This document shows, piece after piece, positions 29,643-39,674 of a stretch of DNA of 59,055 nucleotides (its first letter is position 1; each line of letters begins with the position of its first letter). Source of the stretch: Alphaproteobacteria bacterium (GTDB taxonomy: Bacteria > Pseudomonadota > Alphaproteobacteria > 16-39-46 > JAJRRM01); the NCBI GenBank assembly GCA_024279475.1, contig JAJRRM010000033.1:1-59055 (forward strand), written 5' to 3'. The notes under the pieces are model-generated. The model had not been told where the DNA came from and searched no databases. It saw only the letters and a program-made list of their open reading frames with translations. The translations under genes and the position numbers were made by a program.

Positions 29643-29693
29643 ATCTTCTCTCTTGGAATCAATTTTGTGTCCTTTTTTATTGGTCACAGCACA

Positions 29694-31115
29694 TTACCCT
29701 GATTTATTAGGATTCTTTAATGAAAACTTTTTTGGCTTATTCAGAGCTGACCCAAGTCCCCACCACTTTCCATCAACCTCATCAAGGTATTCTTGTGGAT
29801 CATAATATGTAACTGGTAATTTAAGATTCCTTGCTGTTAATATCCCCCTTATTTTCAACATACTATACGCAGATGCTATAAGCTCTCTATACTCTTTGAC
29901 CTGCTTCACTTGTGCTTTTAAAAGATCTTGCCTAGCATTCAATACATCTAGAATATCCTTTGAGCCCGATTGATGCTCAATCTGAACACTATTAAATGCT
30001 ACTGTAGCTGCCTGAATTTCTAAACTAAATTCACGATACCGTATCTTACTCGAAATAAAGGCCTGCCATGCTACTGTAGCTTTCTCTTTAATAATTCTTT
30101 CAACTTCTTTTCTTTCCAATACTTTTTTTGTATAAGTATGATGGGCCCGACGCAGACTTGCCTGTAATGCACCAGACAAATCAAATGGTACAGTTAGCGT
30201 TGCTTTTACACTTGTGCCCTCTATGCGATATTTTGGAGAACCTGCTCTTTCTCCTGTGTGTGTAGAAGAGGCAGACAAATCAATGCTTGGCAAGAATTGG
30301 GTTTCTACTACATCAATTCCTAAGCGTGCTGCAAGTTCCTCTGCTCTTATCTTTTTTAACCCAGGATTAAACTTTAGAGCCATTACTTGAAATTCAGTAT
30401 ATAATTTAGGTACATCTTTAGGCAATGGCGTCTTAGACAAGCTCGTTACATTTAACCCTACTATTTTTTCATAGGCCATTCTTGATTTTTCTAGCTCAGC
30501 TTTTGCACCAGCTAGCAGAGCCCTACCTTCTGCCAAGCGCATTTTTGACTGAGATAACCCTGTAAGATTAGCATCGCCTAGATCATAACGTATTTGCACA
30601 GCTTCTAAGCTTTTAATCATAAATTCTGTATTAGACTTCTGTATTTCTACAATCTGTAAATCACGATATACATCCACGTAAGATTCTATAGCTTTGAAAA
30701 GAATTACTTGCTCAATTCTATCAAAATCCTCATGAGCGGCTTCAATAATTGAACGAGTTTGTTGAATAGTTGGAGCATACGTCGGGTTTAATAATTTTTG
30801 AGTTAATGTAGCAGATAAAACTCCTGTTTCTGAGTGTGACCTACTAATTATTCCTTTGTAGTTGCTATTAGTTCTGCTATAAGAACCTGTTAAATCAACA
30901 CTAGGACGATACCCAGACTGCGCCAAAGGAAGACTTTCATCCACTATCTTTGTTTCTGCTATCTGCGCTTGAAGTACCGGACTAGTCTTATACGTATTGA
31001 TTAGAGCCCCTTGTAAGGTGATACCTATGGCACCTTGGTTCAAGCTTATAATACTTGCACCAAACAATCCCAGTAACACTCTTTTTATCTTTACACTTAA
31101 ATTTTTCTTCAGCAA
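29694..31115 (-). CDS. tolC: TolC family outer-membrane efflux protein
   Basis: Signal peptide, two repeated halves with TolC-like helical/beta pattern (LQGALINTYKTSPVLQAQ...), 473 aa. Confidence 0.85.
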   Translation of the reverse strand: MLKKNLSVKIKRVLLGLFGASIISLNQGAIGITLQGALINTYKTSPVLQAQIAETKIVDESLPLAQSGYRPSVDLTGSYSRTNSNYKGIISRSHSETGVLSATLTQKLLNPTYAPTIQQTRSIIEAAHEDFDRIEQVILFKAIESYVDVYRDLQIVEIQKSNTEFMIKSLEAVQIRYDLGDANLTGLSQSKMRLAEGRALLAGAKAELEKSRMAYEKIVGLNVTSLSKTPLPKDVPKLYTEFQVMALKFNPGLKKIRAEELAARLGIDVVETQFLPSIDLSASSTHTGERAGSPKYRIEGTSVKATLTVPFDLSGALQASLRRAHHTYTKKVLERKEVERIIKEKATVAWQAFISSKIRYREFSLEIQAATVAFNSVQIEHQSGSKDILDVLNARQDLLKAQVKQVKEYRELIASAYSMLKIRGILTARNLKLPVTYYDPQEYLDEVDGKWWGLGSALNKPKKFSLKNPNKSG

Positions 31116-31573
31116 AACTTAAATTCCTTTTTTGATAGGAAAGCCTGTAAGCATGGTTGAACAGCTTGTCCAAGCACCTCTTTTTCTAATTGTTGCTTAT
31201 ATTTCATAAAAATGCAAATTGCTCCATCAAATATAATAGAATCAAAAAGAGACTCGTCTGGCTCTATACCTATAATCTCACAACCCATAGATCTAACAAG
31301 TGAATCTGTATACCCTGTAGCACAACTAACCACTAGCACCTTATAACTTGGCTTCAAGTTTAAATATTGTAGCATACTTCCTAAAACCTGTAGCTCTATC
31401 ATTGAATATCCTAACTTAACCTCTATTGCAAAATCCATGTGAACTTCCCCTTTTCTAGTATCCGGAGCAAACACGCCACATTCAACTTGGCGGAAAACAT
31501 TAAATACTGAATTATTGTATAAAATCAGAAGGTTAAGAAATTTTCCAATCATGGATTTACATAATTTATTCAA
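31109..31573 (-). CDS. Shortened protein-L-isoaspartate O-methyltransferase-like protein (possibly decayed)
   Basis: KVLVVSCATGYTDSLV and FDSIIFDGAI resemble the alphaproteobacterial pcm-like family found upstream of tolC. The length is only 154 aa against roughly 215 as I remember, and the region after DGAI is missing about 40 residues. Confidence 0.5.
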   Translation of the reverse strand: MNKLCKSMIGKFLNLLILYNNSVFNVFRQVECGVFAPDTRKGEVHMDFAIEVKLGYSMIELQVLGSMLQYLNLKPSYKVLVVSCATGYTDSLVRSMGCEIIGIEPDESLFDSIIFDGAICIFMKYKQQLEKEVLGQAVQPCLQAFLSKKEFKFC

Positions 31574-31623
31574 TTTTCTACTTTATATTAATACCTATTT
31601 TTTAAAAACTATATCATATTTTT

Positions 31624-33984
31624 TTAATCAGCATTTATTTTATACCATTTTTTTAATTTTTCTGCACATTTACCTAAAATAGAGTTTTTTTGATAAGCAG
31701 TACCCAGTTTCTCTTCTGTTAATAGCTCTAAAGCTTCTTTAACTGTGCTAACAGAATAAACAGAAAATAATCCCTTTTCTATAGCTTTACATATTTCTTT
31801 ATCTAGAAAAATATTTTTCTCATTCGCTCTAGGTATAATAACTCCTGGCAATCCTTTTAACCCATTTTGTAAGCAAACTTTATAAAACCCTTTAATTTTT
31901 TCGCTAACGCCCCCTATTGCCTGAATATTTCCTTTTTGATCAACAGACCCTGTAATAGCCAGGTCTTGCCGTAAGGGCACATCTGATAAAGAAGAAAGTA
32001 TAACACACAGCTCTGCCATAGACGCACTATCACCATCAACTTCACTATATAGTTGCTCAAAAGTAAGAGAGCATCCCAAAGAAAGCGGATACTCCTGAGC
32101 AAAACAAGATTTTAAAAACCCCTCTAAAATAAAGACTCCCTTCTGTTGTATAGGTCCTGCCATTTTAACCTGGCGTTCAATGTTGATAATGCCTGCTTTA
32201 TCACAATAAGTTGTAGTAGTAATCCGCGCTGGCAATCCAAACTGGAAATTATCCTCCGTTGTAACAGTTAAACCATTAATTTGGCCAACTTTTTTCCCCT
32301 GTGTCTGTATCGTGATAATTTTCTCTTTAAATTTTTCTAAATATTTTTCCTCCAATCGACCATTTCTGCTTAGAAAGCGTGTATAAGCCCCATAAATATT
32401 CTCATCAGATATTTCCTTTGATTCCATACGCCTGGTTAGTATAGCTGCTTCAGATAAAATAATTTCTATACTTTCAAACTTTGACGTTAATTTTTTTCGT
32501 GAACCCGAATACATAGAAGCTATTCCTAAGATAATCCTTAGTGCAGATTTTGAGCAAGATAGCTTCAGTTTTTTCTGGCAATATTCTTTAATTAAATAGG
32601 CATATCTCCCCAAATTTTTACTAGATGCTAGCATATCAGTATCTATCTCTGCCTTAATTTGAAAATAAGTCCTAAAATTTGAATCATTATAAAAAAAATT
32701 GTGAAAATAATATGCAGACCCTACAATAATAACCTTTACACTTAAAGGTATTGGTTCAGGGTTTGGAGCCTCAAGCATATGTATATTTCCTATCTTATAT
32801 GGTTCTTCTATGTATATAACTTCATCTCGCAGAGCCCCTTTTAACTGCTTCCACACATCTTCCTGCTGAAAAAGTTCCTCTGCCCTCAATACAAGAATTC
32901 CCCCATTTGCTTGATGAAGAGCACCTGAATTAATCATTGTAAAGTTTGTTTCATACCCCCCTTGGGATGCAGATTTATATTTTATCGCCCCAAAAATATT
33001 TTCATATGTAGGATTTGATTTAACAACAACAGGTCTGCCTTCCTCATCATATCTATCGACCAAGACGTTCACAGCATATCTCTCTTTTGGATCTGTCAAT
33101 CCCTGAGAGAGCTTGTCTTCTAACTTATCTAAATTTGTAGAAAAAAACTCTAAATTCTCTAAAATATCCTTTCGCATAGCAACAAGCCATCTTAATAATC
33201 CTGGTACATGAAAAAAATCATGTTCAAGTTTATCAAATAATCCTGAGAAAACCTCATCAGCCAGGGAACTTTTTAGTTCTTTTAATTTTTTACTAACAAG
33301 TTCTTGCGCTTCTTGTATTTTACTAGATAGCCTCCATGTATGTGGCCGCAATTTGTCTATACCCTCTATCACATGTTGCTTTTCTTCTTCACTTAATCTC
33401 TGGTAATGTTCCTTCGGATCTGAAGCTCCCTCTCCTATAAATATAAGCTCAACAGATCCTTCTTCATCAAAACTAACATCCAAATGATATCTTTTTGCAA
33501 GAGTTCTGAGCTTCTGTAAATCTTTCTCATAATATATTTCTAATTCATCTGAAAGGCTTATAGCTTCTTTCTCATATTCTTTTGATTTGAATAATTTTGG
33601 TAAGGTTTTTAATATAGTGTTAATAAGGTTGCTCATATCTTCCCTAAAGATACGCGCTGTTCCTGCAGAAAATTGGTAGGGCCTGGGAGAAGTTGGATTA
33701 AAAAAATTATTTAGATACACCCAATCATGAGAACGTAAGCTAGAGCTAAAATAATTTTTTAAAAAATGATGTGTAGAATCCATGCGCCCAGTTTGATTTT
33801 CACCAATCACGTAGATATTTCCTTCTCTAAAAGATAAATTAAGACCAAAATTTATAGCTTTTCTAGCTCGCTGATGCGACGATAAATGAAATAAATTAAG
33901 TTTTTTAGAAGTGTCTCTAACTACTTCTCTATAAGAAAAAACAGGCCAGCCAACAGCCGACGATTTTAGCGTTCTTACGGCCAT
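31624..33984 (-). CDS. Lon-like protease (AAA_32-type helical/ATPase-like region plus Lon_C S16 peptidase domain), degenerate P-loop
   Basis: C-terminal VDGDSASMAEL...GGVSEKIKGF carries the Lon Ser-Lys dyad context. The N-terminal HQRARKAINFGL...NIYVIGENQTGRM (33781-33804) sits where the Walker A should be. 786 aa. Confidence 0.75.
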   Translation of the reverse strand: MAVRTLKSSAVGWPVFSYREVVRDTSKKLNLFHLSSHQRARKAINFGLNLSFREGNIYVIGENQTGRMDSTHHFLKNYFSSSLRSHDWVYLNNFFNPTSPRPYQFSAGTARIFREDMSNLINTILKTLPKLFKSKEYEKEAISLSDELEIYYEKDLQKLRTLAKRYHLDVSFDEEGSVELIFIGEGASDPKEHYQRLSEEEKQHVIEGIDKLRPHTWRLSSKIQEAQELVSKKLKELKSSLADEVFSGLFDKLEHDFFHVPGLLRWLVAMRKDILENLEFFSTNLDKLEDKLSQGLTDPKERYAVNVLVDRYDEEGRPVVVKSNPTYENIFGAIKYKSASQGGYETNFTMINSGALHQANGGILVLRAEELFQQEDVWKQLKGALRDEVIYIEEPYKIGNIHMLEAPNPEPIPLSVKVIIVGSAYYFHNFFYNDSNFRTYFQIKAEIDTDMLASSKNLGRYAYLIKEYCQKKLKLSCSKSALRIILGIASMYSGSRKKLTSKFESIEIILSEAAILTRRMESKEISDENIYGAYTRFLSRNGRLEEKYLEKFKEKIITIQTQGKKVGQINGLTVTTEDNFQFGLPARITTTTYCDKAGIINIERQVKMAGPIQQKGVFILEGFLKSCFAQEYPLSLGCSLTFEQLYSEVDGDSASMAELCVILSSLSDVPLRQDLAITGSVDQKGNIQAIGGVSEKIKGFYKVCLQNGLKGLPGVIIPRANEKNIFLDKEICKAIEKGLFSVYSVSTVKEALELLTEEKLGTAYQKNSILGKCAEKLKKWYKINAD

Positions 33985-34322
33985 ACTTTCCTCTTCTTCA
34001 TAATATATGCATTATGGCCTTATATAACAATTAAGAAAACCCCTATATTTTTTGAAAAATAAAACATATGGCACTGTTAACAAAATAAATTAAAAAAAAG
34101 AAAAAAATCTATAGTAGTAGGGCACCCTATATAAAAATTTAAGAGTTTTTATCATTTCTCATTCAAAAATGAAGTCTTAAAAATATTATTCAACTAACTT
34201 TAATTTCTAACTACTCTATATTTTTCTTAATATTCGCAGTTTTTATAAATATTACCTTACTATTGTGTTTTTTTTTATGTTATGCTACGGATAGATTAAG
34301 ATATTGACTTATGGAGATAAAA

Positions 34323-34862
34323 ATGAGAATAAGTATTTTCCGTCTAGCGCCTATTATTTTGATAGCCCTTAGTGCTTGTACATCTAAACTCGATCAATTA
34401 CGTAACTCTTCACCAGAAGGTGGAAACTATACGCGTATTCTTTCACAAACTTATTTAAACCAAGCAAACCAGAAAGCCAGTGGGATGCATTATCCTGTTT
34501 CTGAATTCCTTTCTGAAAAAGGTCTTCGTGTGTCAGGTGGGGAAGCCATTTTTGCTGACAGCATTGCAAATTGGGACGTTCCAGCAGATAAAATTCAAGA
34601 GCTAGCATCAGCACGCCAATTGCTCAAGGATGCTTATAAAGACGAACTAAACCTCGAATATCCAAAACTTATAGCAAAGGCTCAAGTGGCTTTTGACACA
34701 TGGATTTCAGAGCTTTATTATGGCCATATTTACGCAGCGAATAGGGCTAAAAATGCCATGATTGAGGCTTTATCTAAAGTGGCTGTTACGATAAAAGACT
34801 CCTACTCATCAGTGAAAAAAAAGCACCCAAAGAATAAGGATGACCATTCTAGAGGCCGTTGA
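34323..34862 (+). CDS. Hypothetical lipoprotein, resembles the N-terminal domain of alphaproteobacterial OmpA-family lipoproteins but lacks an OmpA domain
   Basis: GGAG, 6 nt, then the ATG at 34323. Lipobox LSAC. WDVPADKIQELASARQLL...PKLIAKAQVAFDTWISE recalls the W.lP....L..aR..L....P..aA.AQ..FDCW.E pattern I remember. The ORF ends after 179 aa. Confidence 0.5.
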   Translation: MRISIFRLAPIILIALSACTSKLDQLRNSSPEGGNYTRILSQTYLNQANQKASGMHYPVSEFLSEKGLRVSGGEAIFADSIANWDVPADKIQELASARQLLKDAYKDELNLEYPKLIAKAQVAFDTWISELYYGHIYAANRAKNAMIEALSKVAVTIKDSYSSVKKKHPKNKDDHSRGR

Positions 34863-35018
34863 AGGCCTTAAGGAGAAAGTTTTGCACTCTTTGCAGAATT
34901 CTAGGATTTTCTAGTATCTATATACTAGATATATCTATTGTCTTAGAAAACAATAGGGAGCAAAAAACTTTAAAAAGTAAGTACTTTGGATTATGCCAAA
35001 AATCCAACTATAAAAACC

Positions 35019-35042
35019 TCCGCTTAATAGCGGGTTTTTTAT
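35019..35042 (+). terminator. Small intrinsic terminator about 160 nt downstream of the lipoprotein gene
   Basis: TCCGC-TTAATA-GCGGG stem-loop (4 GC pairs plus 1 GU pair) followed by TTTTTTAT. Confidence 0.5.
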
Positions 35043-35102
35043 ATTAGAATTTATTAGAGGGGGTGCAAAATGGAATTATCCAAGTTATAAGGTTTTCTAT
35101 CC

Positions 35103-36050
35103 ATGTCATTTGTTAGTTTTTCTCAGGCCGTTGCTATTCTAAGAAGAGAGAGTATCGTAGCTTTTCCTACAGAAACAGTCTACGGACTAGGGGCAATTGC
35201 CACAAGTACTACAGCTATACTAAAAATCTATGAAATAAAGAAAAGACCCTCTTTTAATCCTCTTATTTTACATGTATCAGGGCTTGATCAAGCGCGCAAA
35301 TATGGAAAGTTTAACAAACTAGCCTTACAGTTAGCTGCTAACTTCTGGCCAGGACCAATGACCCTAGTTTTGCCCAAAATAAATTATACTTTATCCCCTA
35401 ATGCCACAGCTGGTCTTGATACAATAGCTATTCGTGTCCCCGCTTATAAACAAGCACAGAATCTCATTTCCGCCGTAGGGACCCCTTTGGTAGCGCCTAG
35501 TGCAAACCCTTCTGGGCGATTAAGTGCAACATCTGCCAACCATGTTGAGCACCTCTTCAATAGTACTGTCCCTGTATTAGACAACTCCACCCGCCCTATC
35601 GGCCTTGAATCTACTATCATTGATTGCACCAGAGCCAGCCCTATTATTTTACGTCATGGTGCTATTTCAGCAGAACTTATTGAAAAATATATAGGGATTG
35701 CTCCTCGATTTCCTAAAAAAGATGATGAAATTAAAGCTCCAGGCATGCTTTTACGCCACTATGCTCCAAAATTACCACTTTATCTTAATAAGAAAAAACC
35801 CTTTGAATATCAAGCGTTTATAACTTTTGGTGATGCTTCATTTGAAAATTTACCTATAGGGACACAAATTTTTTCTCTTTCTCCTACTAAAAACCTCAAA
35901 GAAGCCGCTGCGACTCTCTTTACCATTTTGCATAAAATAGACTCTCTTTCAGAGAAATTTAAGTCTATCGCTGTAGTACCCATTCCTAATGAAGGAATTG
36001 GAAAAGCAATAAATGACCGCCTTTCACGTGGTGCTCATAAAAAAATTTAA
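35103..36050 (+). CDS. tsaC: L-threonylcarbamoyladenylate synthase (Sua5/YwlC long form)
   Basis: The YrdC domain has [11 protein letters not shown] and SANPSGR. An extra Sua5-type C-terminal domain is present. 315 aa. Confidence 0.9.
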   Translation: MSFVSFSQAVAILRRESIVAFPTETVYGLGAIATSTTAILKIYEIKKRPSFNPLILHVSGLDQARKYGKFNKLALQLAANFWPGPMTLVLPKINYTLSPNATAGLDTIAIRVPAYKQAQNLISAVGTPLVAPSANPSGRLSATSANHVEHLFNSTVPVLDNSTRPIGLESTIIDCTRASPIILRHGAISAELIEKYIGIAPRFPKKDDEIKAPGMLLRHYAPKLPLYLNKKKPFEYQAFITFGDASFENLPIGTQIFSLSPTKNLKEAAATLFTILHKIDSLSEKFKSIAVVPIPNEGIGKAINDRLSRGAHKKI

Positions 36051-37342
36051 CGATTGTTTATATCTTTATAATTTCTATGAGCAGTTCCTTCATACAATTG
36101 ACGTGGACGACTAATTCTTTTATCTGGCTCTTCCATCATTTCCATCCATTGCGCTACCCAACCTGTTGTTCTTGCTAAAGAAAATAAAACAGTAAACATA
36201 GTTGTAGGAATTCCCATAGCTTGTAAGATAATTCCTGAATAAAAATCAACATTTGGATAAAGATTTCTTTCAATAAAATACTGATCACTTAAAGCAATTT
36301 TTTCAAGTTCTAAAGCTAATTCGAACAAAGAGTTACTCTCTTGTTTTGCTTCTTTTAAAACCTCGTGGCAAATCTTACGCAAAACATCTGCTCTAGGGTC
36401 GTAGTTCTTATATACTCGATGGCCAAATCCCATCAAACGAACACCATCTTTTTTATTCTTAACTTTTTCTATAAAGTTTTTAATATTTTTTTTATGCCCT
36501 ATCTCATTAAGCATGTTTAGCACAGCTTCATTTGCTCCACCATGTGCAGGCCCCCAAAGAGAAGCAATGCCAGCAGCAATGCAGGCAAATGGATTTGCCT
36601 GACTTGACCCTGCTAATCTCACTGTAGAGGTAGATGCATTTTGTTCATGATCTGCATGAAGAATAAGAATCTTATCTAATGCTTTTTCAAAAACAGGATT
36701 CACTACATATTCTTCAGCAGGTACAGCAAACATCATATGTAACAAATTGCCTGCATAACTAAGACTGTTTTTTGGAAAAATAAAAGGTTGGCCAATAGAG
36801 TACTTATAAGCCATAGCAGAAATTGTAGGCATTTTTGCAATAAGCCGATGTGATGCTATAACTCGCTGTTTTGGGTCATTTATATCTAAACTATCATGGT
36901 AAAAAGCAGACAGTGCACCAACAACACTTACCATGATGGCCATAGGATGCGCATCTCGGCGAAAACCTTTAAAAAAATAAATAAGCTGCTCATGCACCAT
37001 ACTATGGTGCTTAATTTGGTGTAAAAATAAAGCAAAGTCTTCTTCTCCAGGAAGGTTTCCTTTTAATAAAAGATAAGCTACCTCTAAAAAATCGCTATGC
37101 TCTGCCAACTCACCTATATCATACCCTCTATATCTAAGAATTCCCTTGTCCCCATCAATAAATGTGATGCTTGATCTGCAACTCGCTGTTGAAAAAAATC
37201 CTGGATCAAACGTAAAATAACCCGTCTCTTTGTAAAGATGTCCTATATCAAAAACTTCAGGCCCTTCAGTGCCTTTTAGAACAGAAAAAACGCATAATCT
37301 TTTTCCACTTTCATCAACTAAATATAGCTCTTTTTTCAACAC
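36047..37342 (-). CDS. gltA: Citrate synthase
   Basis: [28 protein letters not shown] and 431 aa. Its stop overlaps the tsaC stop (shared TTAA). Confidence 0.95.
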   Translation of the reverse strand: MLKKELYLVDESGKRLCVFSVLKGTEGPEVFDIGHLYKETGYFTFDPGFFSTASCRSSITFIDGDKGILRYRGYDIGELAEHSDFLEVAYLLLKGNLPGEEDFALFLHQIKHHSMVHEQLIYFFKGFRRDAHPMAIMVSVVGALSAFYHDSLDINDPKQRVIASHRLIAKMPTISAMAYKYSIGQPFIFPKNSLSYAGNLLHMMFAVPAEEYVVNPVFEKALDKILILHADHEQNASTSTVRLAGSSQANPFACIAAGIASLWGPAHGGANEAVLNMLNEIGHKKNIKNFIEKVKNKKDGVRLMGFGHRVYKNYDPRADVLRKICHEVLKEAKQESNSLFELALELEKIALSDQYFIERNLYPNVDFYSGIILQAMGIPTTMFTVLFSLARTTGWVAQWMEMMEEPDKRISRPRQLYEGTAHRNYKDINNR

Positions 37343-37432
37343 TTTTGTGCTCCTTTTTCATTTGTTTATATTCTCTGAAAATTTTAGAGAAAAAACAAGG
37401 ACAATTAGGAATAATTTTAATTACAGTATTTT

Positions 37433-38875
37433 TTAAGATATTTTTTTAATAATATTTGTTGTGCTATACCCCTTAAGAAGAGGCGCCAGGTGTACTTTTC
37501 CTCCACGCTGAAGAATAATATCAGACCCTGAAATTTCTTCTATTTTATAATCTTGCCCTTTTATAAGAACATCTGGTTGCAACTTATTTATAAGATCGTA
37601 GGGTGTTTTTTCTTCAAATAGAACAACACCATCTACGCTATTTAAGGAGCTTAAAACCTCTGTCCGTGTGTATTCATCCTGAATAGGACGTGTATCTCCT
37701 TTTAACTTCTGAACTGATTTATCACTATTCATACCCACAATTAACTTGTCACATTTTGATTTTGAAAAATCTAATAAAGACAAATGTCCTTTATGTAGAA
37801 TATCAAAACATCCATTTGTAAAACCAACTGTTAGCCCTTTATTTTTCCATTCTTTGGTTTTTCGTTCAGCATCTTCCCATGACATAATGCAGCTCTTTGA
37901 ATAACTTAGTGCTGCAGCTAATTCTTCGGGCATTACAACAGCTGTTCCAACTTTTCCTACAACAATTCCAGCACAAATTGTTGCTAACTCCATAGACTGT
38001 TTTATAGGCCAACCAAGTGCTATACCCGTAGCCATCATAGCAACAACTGTATCTCCTGCTCCAGATACATCATGTACTGCCTGTGCCTTTGTAGAAAGCT
38101 CAGCCTGCAAGCCTTCTTTTGTTATATAGGCCATTCCAGCTGCGCCACGTGTAACCAAAATACCTTTTATATCCGCTTTGGCAAAAATCTTCTGAGCAGC
38201 TTCTATACACTCATTAACTGTTTTAACTGGCATACCACCAGCCGCTAGAGATAATTCATCTTTATTCGGCGTGATAATACTAGCGCCTGTATACTTTGAA
38301 AAATCATTCCCTTTTGGATCCACAATAATTGGTATTTTATTTTTTTGAGCTAAAGTAATCAACTCCTTTGTAATAGGTGCCCGCAAAAGCCCTTTTTCAT
38401 AGTCAGAAAGAAGTAATATGTGAGCTTGCGCGAATAACGGCTTCCAATAAGTATCTACCAACTTTTTAATTTGCTGATCTGTAAGAGGTACATCTTCTTC
38501 AAAATCTACCCTCAATAAATGCTTCGATTCTGCCATAAAACGTATTTTTCTGATAGTGCCCCATCCTTCTACAGAAAGCAAGTGAGAGGAGCAAACAGTA
38601 TGTTCATCCAGCAAACATTTAACCTTTTCTGCCTCTTTATCTTCACCAATTAGACCACATAAAAAGCAAGAAATTCCCAGACTTGCTAAGTTGCGCACAA
38701 CATTACCTGCACCACCGAGCTTATTACTTTCTTTTTCTGCTTGCAAAATTGGCACTGGAGCTTCTGGAGATAAGCGTTGAGCATTTCCTATAATATACTT
38801 ATCCAGTAGAACATCCCCTATACACAGAATTTTTATTGCCTTAACATCTCTCTGAATCTCTTTAAATGATATCAC
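37433..38875 (-). CDS. hldE: Bifunctional D-beta-D-heptose 7-phosphate kinase / D-beta-D-heptose 1-phosphate adenylyltransferase
   Basis: N-terminal ribokinase-like half (GGAGNV, GAGDTV). C-terminal cytidylyltransferase half (GCFDILHKGH). 480 aa. Confidence 0.9.
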   Translation of the reverse strand: MISFKEIQRDVKAIKILCIGDVLLDKYIIGNAQRLSPEAPVPILQAEKESNKLGGAGNVVRNLASLGISCFLCGLIGEDKEAEKVKCLLDEHTVCSSHLLSVEGWGTIRKIRFMAESKHLLRVDFEEDVPLTDQQIKKLVDTYWKPLFAQAHILLLSDYEKGLLRAPITKELITLAQKNKIPIIVDPKGNDFSKYTGASIITPNKDELSLAAGGMPVKTVNECIEAAQKIFAKADIKGILVTRGAAGMAYITKEGLQAELSTKAQAVHDVSGAGDTVVAMMATGIALGWPIKQSMELATICAGIVVGKVGTAVVMPEELAAALSYSKSCIMSWEDAERKTKEWKNKGLTVGFTNGCFDILHKGHLSLLDFSKSKCDKLIVGMNSDKSVQKLKGDTRPIQDEYTRTEVLSSLNSVDGVVLFEEKTPYDLINKLQPDVLIKGQDYKIEEISGSDIILQRGGKVHLAPLLKGYSTTNIIKKIS

Positions 38876-38879
38876 TGTT

Positions 38880-39584
38880 TCACCTATTACATTCTGCTAT
38901 TACATCAAACTTTATAACCACACCTTTTGCTCTTTTGGAGATAGGTCGTGTTAGTGGACGTCTAAAGTCATACGTTGCATTAGCTTTTATCTCAAGTGGT
39001 TTATCTGAATTAGAAATATTCATTGTCATTTTATCAATTTCACAAGAATCTAAAAAACAGCCAACTTTGTCATAAAAAATTAAGGTTATAGGAGGCAATA
39101 CACGAGGATAATCTGAAACATTTTTTATACGACCTGTAACCATTGGTATAAAATCTCCCTCAAAATTTCCCTCTACAATTTGTATATTTTCTTTTTCCAG
39201 TGCTTTATCTATTGGTGTGTTTTTCACATCTATATAATCATATACTCTAGATAAATAAGTCTCTATGCCTATTAAGACTGACTGCGGGGAAAATAAATAA
39301 GCCCCCATACCACATAAAATAAACACTATAAACAACCATAAAATTATCCTTGCAGATATTTTTTTAGTTTTATAAGCTTTTCTTCTTTTTCTGCCATATT
39401 CCGGTGTAAGCTTATTTGATGCTAAAGAAAGAGTGCTCTCTTCTTGTATAAAATCATCTTTTTTATCTAGTTTTTGAAACCAAGAAAATTTACATACATT
39501 GCATCGAACCTTTCTCCCTCTTTCTCCTAAAAGGTCTGCTTTTACAAAGAACTCACTGTGACATGATGGACACTGAATAATCAT
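38880..39584 (-). CDS. MJ0042-type zinc-ribbon / DUF3426 membrane protein
   Basis: MIIQCPSCHSEFFV....G.RGRKVRCNVCKFSWF, followed by one TM segment and a C-terminal beta-rich domain. Confidence 0.7.
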   Translation of the reverse strand: MIIQCPSCHSEFFVKADLLGERGRKVRCNVCKFSWFQKLDKKDDFIQEESTLSLASNKLTPEYGRKRRKAYKTKKISARIILWLFIVFILCGMGAYLFSPQSVLIGIETYLSRVYDYIDVKNTPIDKALEKENIQIVEGNFEGDFIPMVTGRIKNVSDYPRVLPPITLIFYDKVGCFLDSCEIDKMTMNISNSDKPLEIKANATYDFRRPLTRPISKRAKGVVIKFDVIAECNR

Positions 39585-39674
39585 ATAGAAAATTTCCTCA
39601 TTATATTTAACTTGTTACAAGTATATAATATCGATATGATAGAATAATAAAAGTTAAAAAAAAAAGAGGATTGA

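Noticed and set aside
34859-35047. 62-aa ORF immediately after the lipoprotein gene
   Set aside because: It has a non-ATG start and no SD, its translation is featureless, and the region is better explained by three hairpins and a terminator.
36047-36050. Convergent tsaC and gltA share their stop-codon nucleotides (TTAA). petBC and valS ends are only 9 nt apart, and the 15363/15370 ends 6 nt apart.
   Set aside because: This is real but is ordinary genome compaction, not a distinct element.
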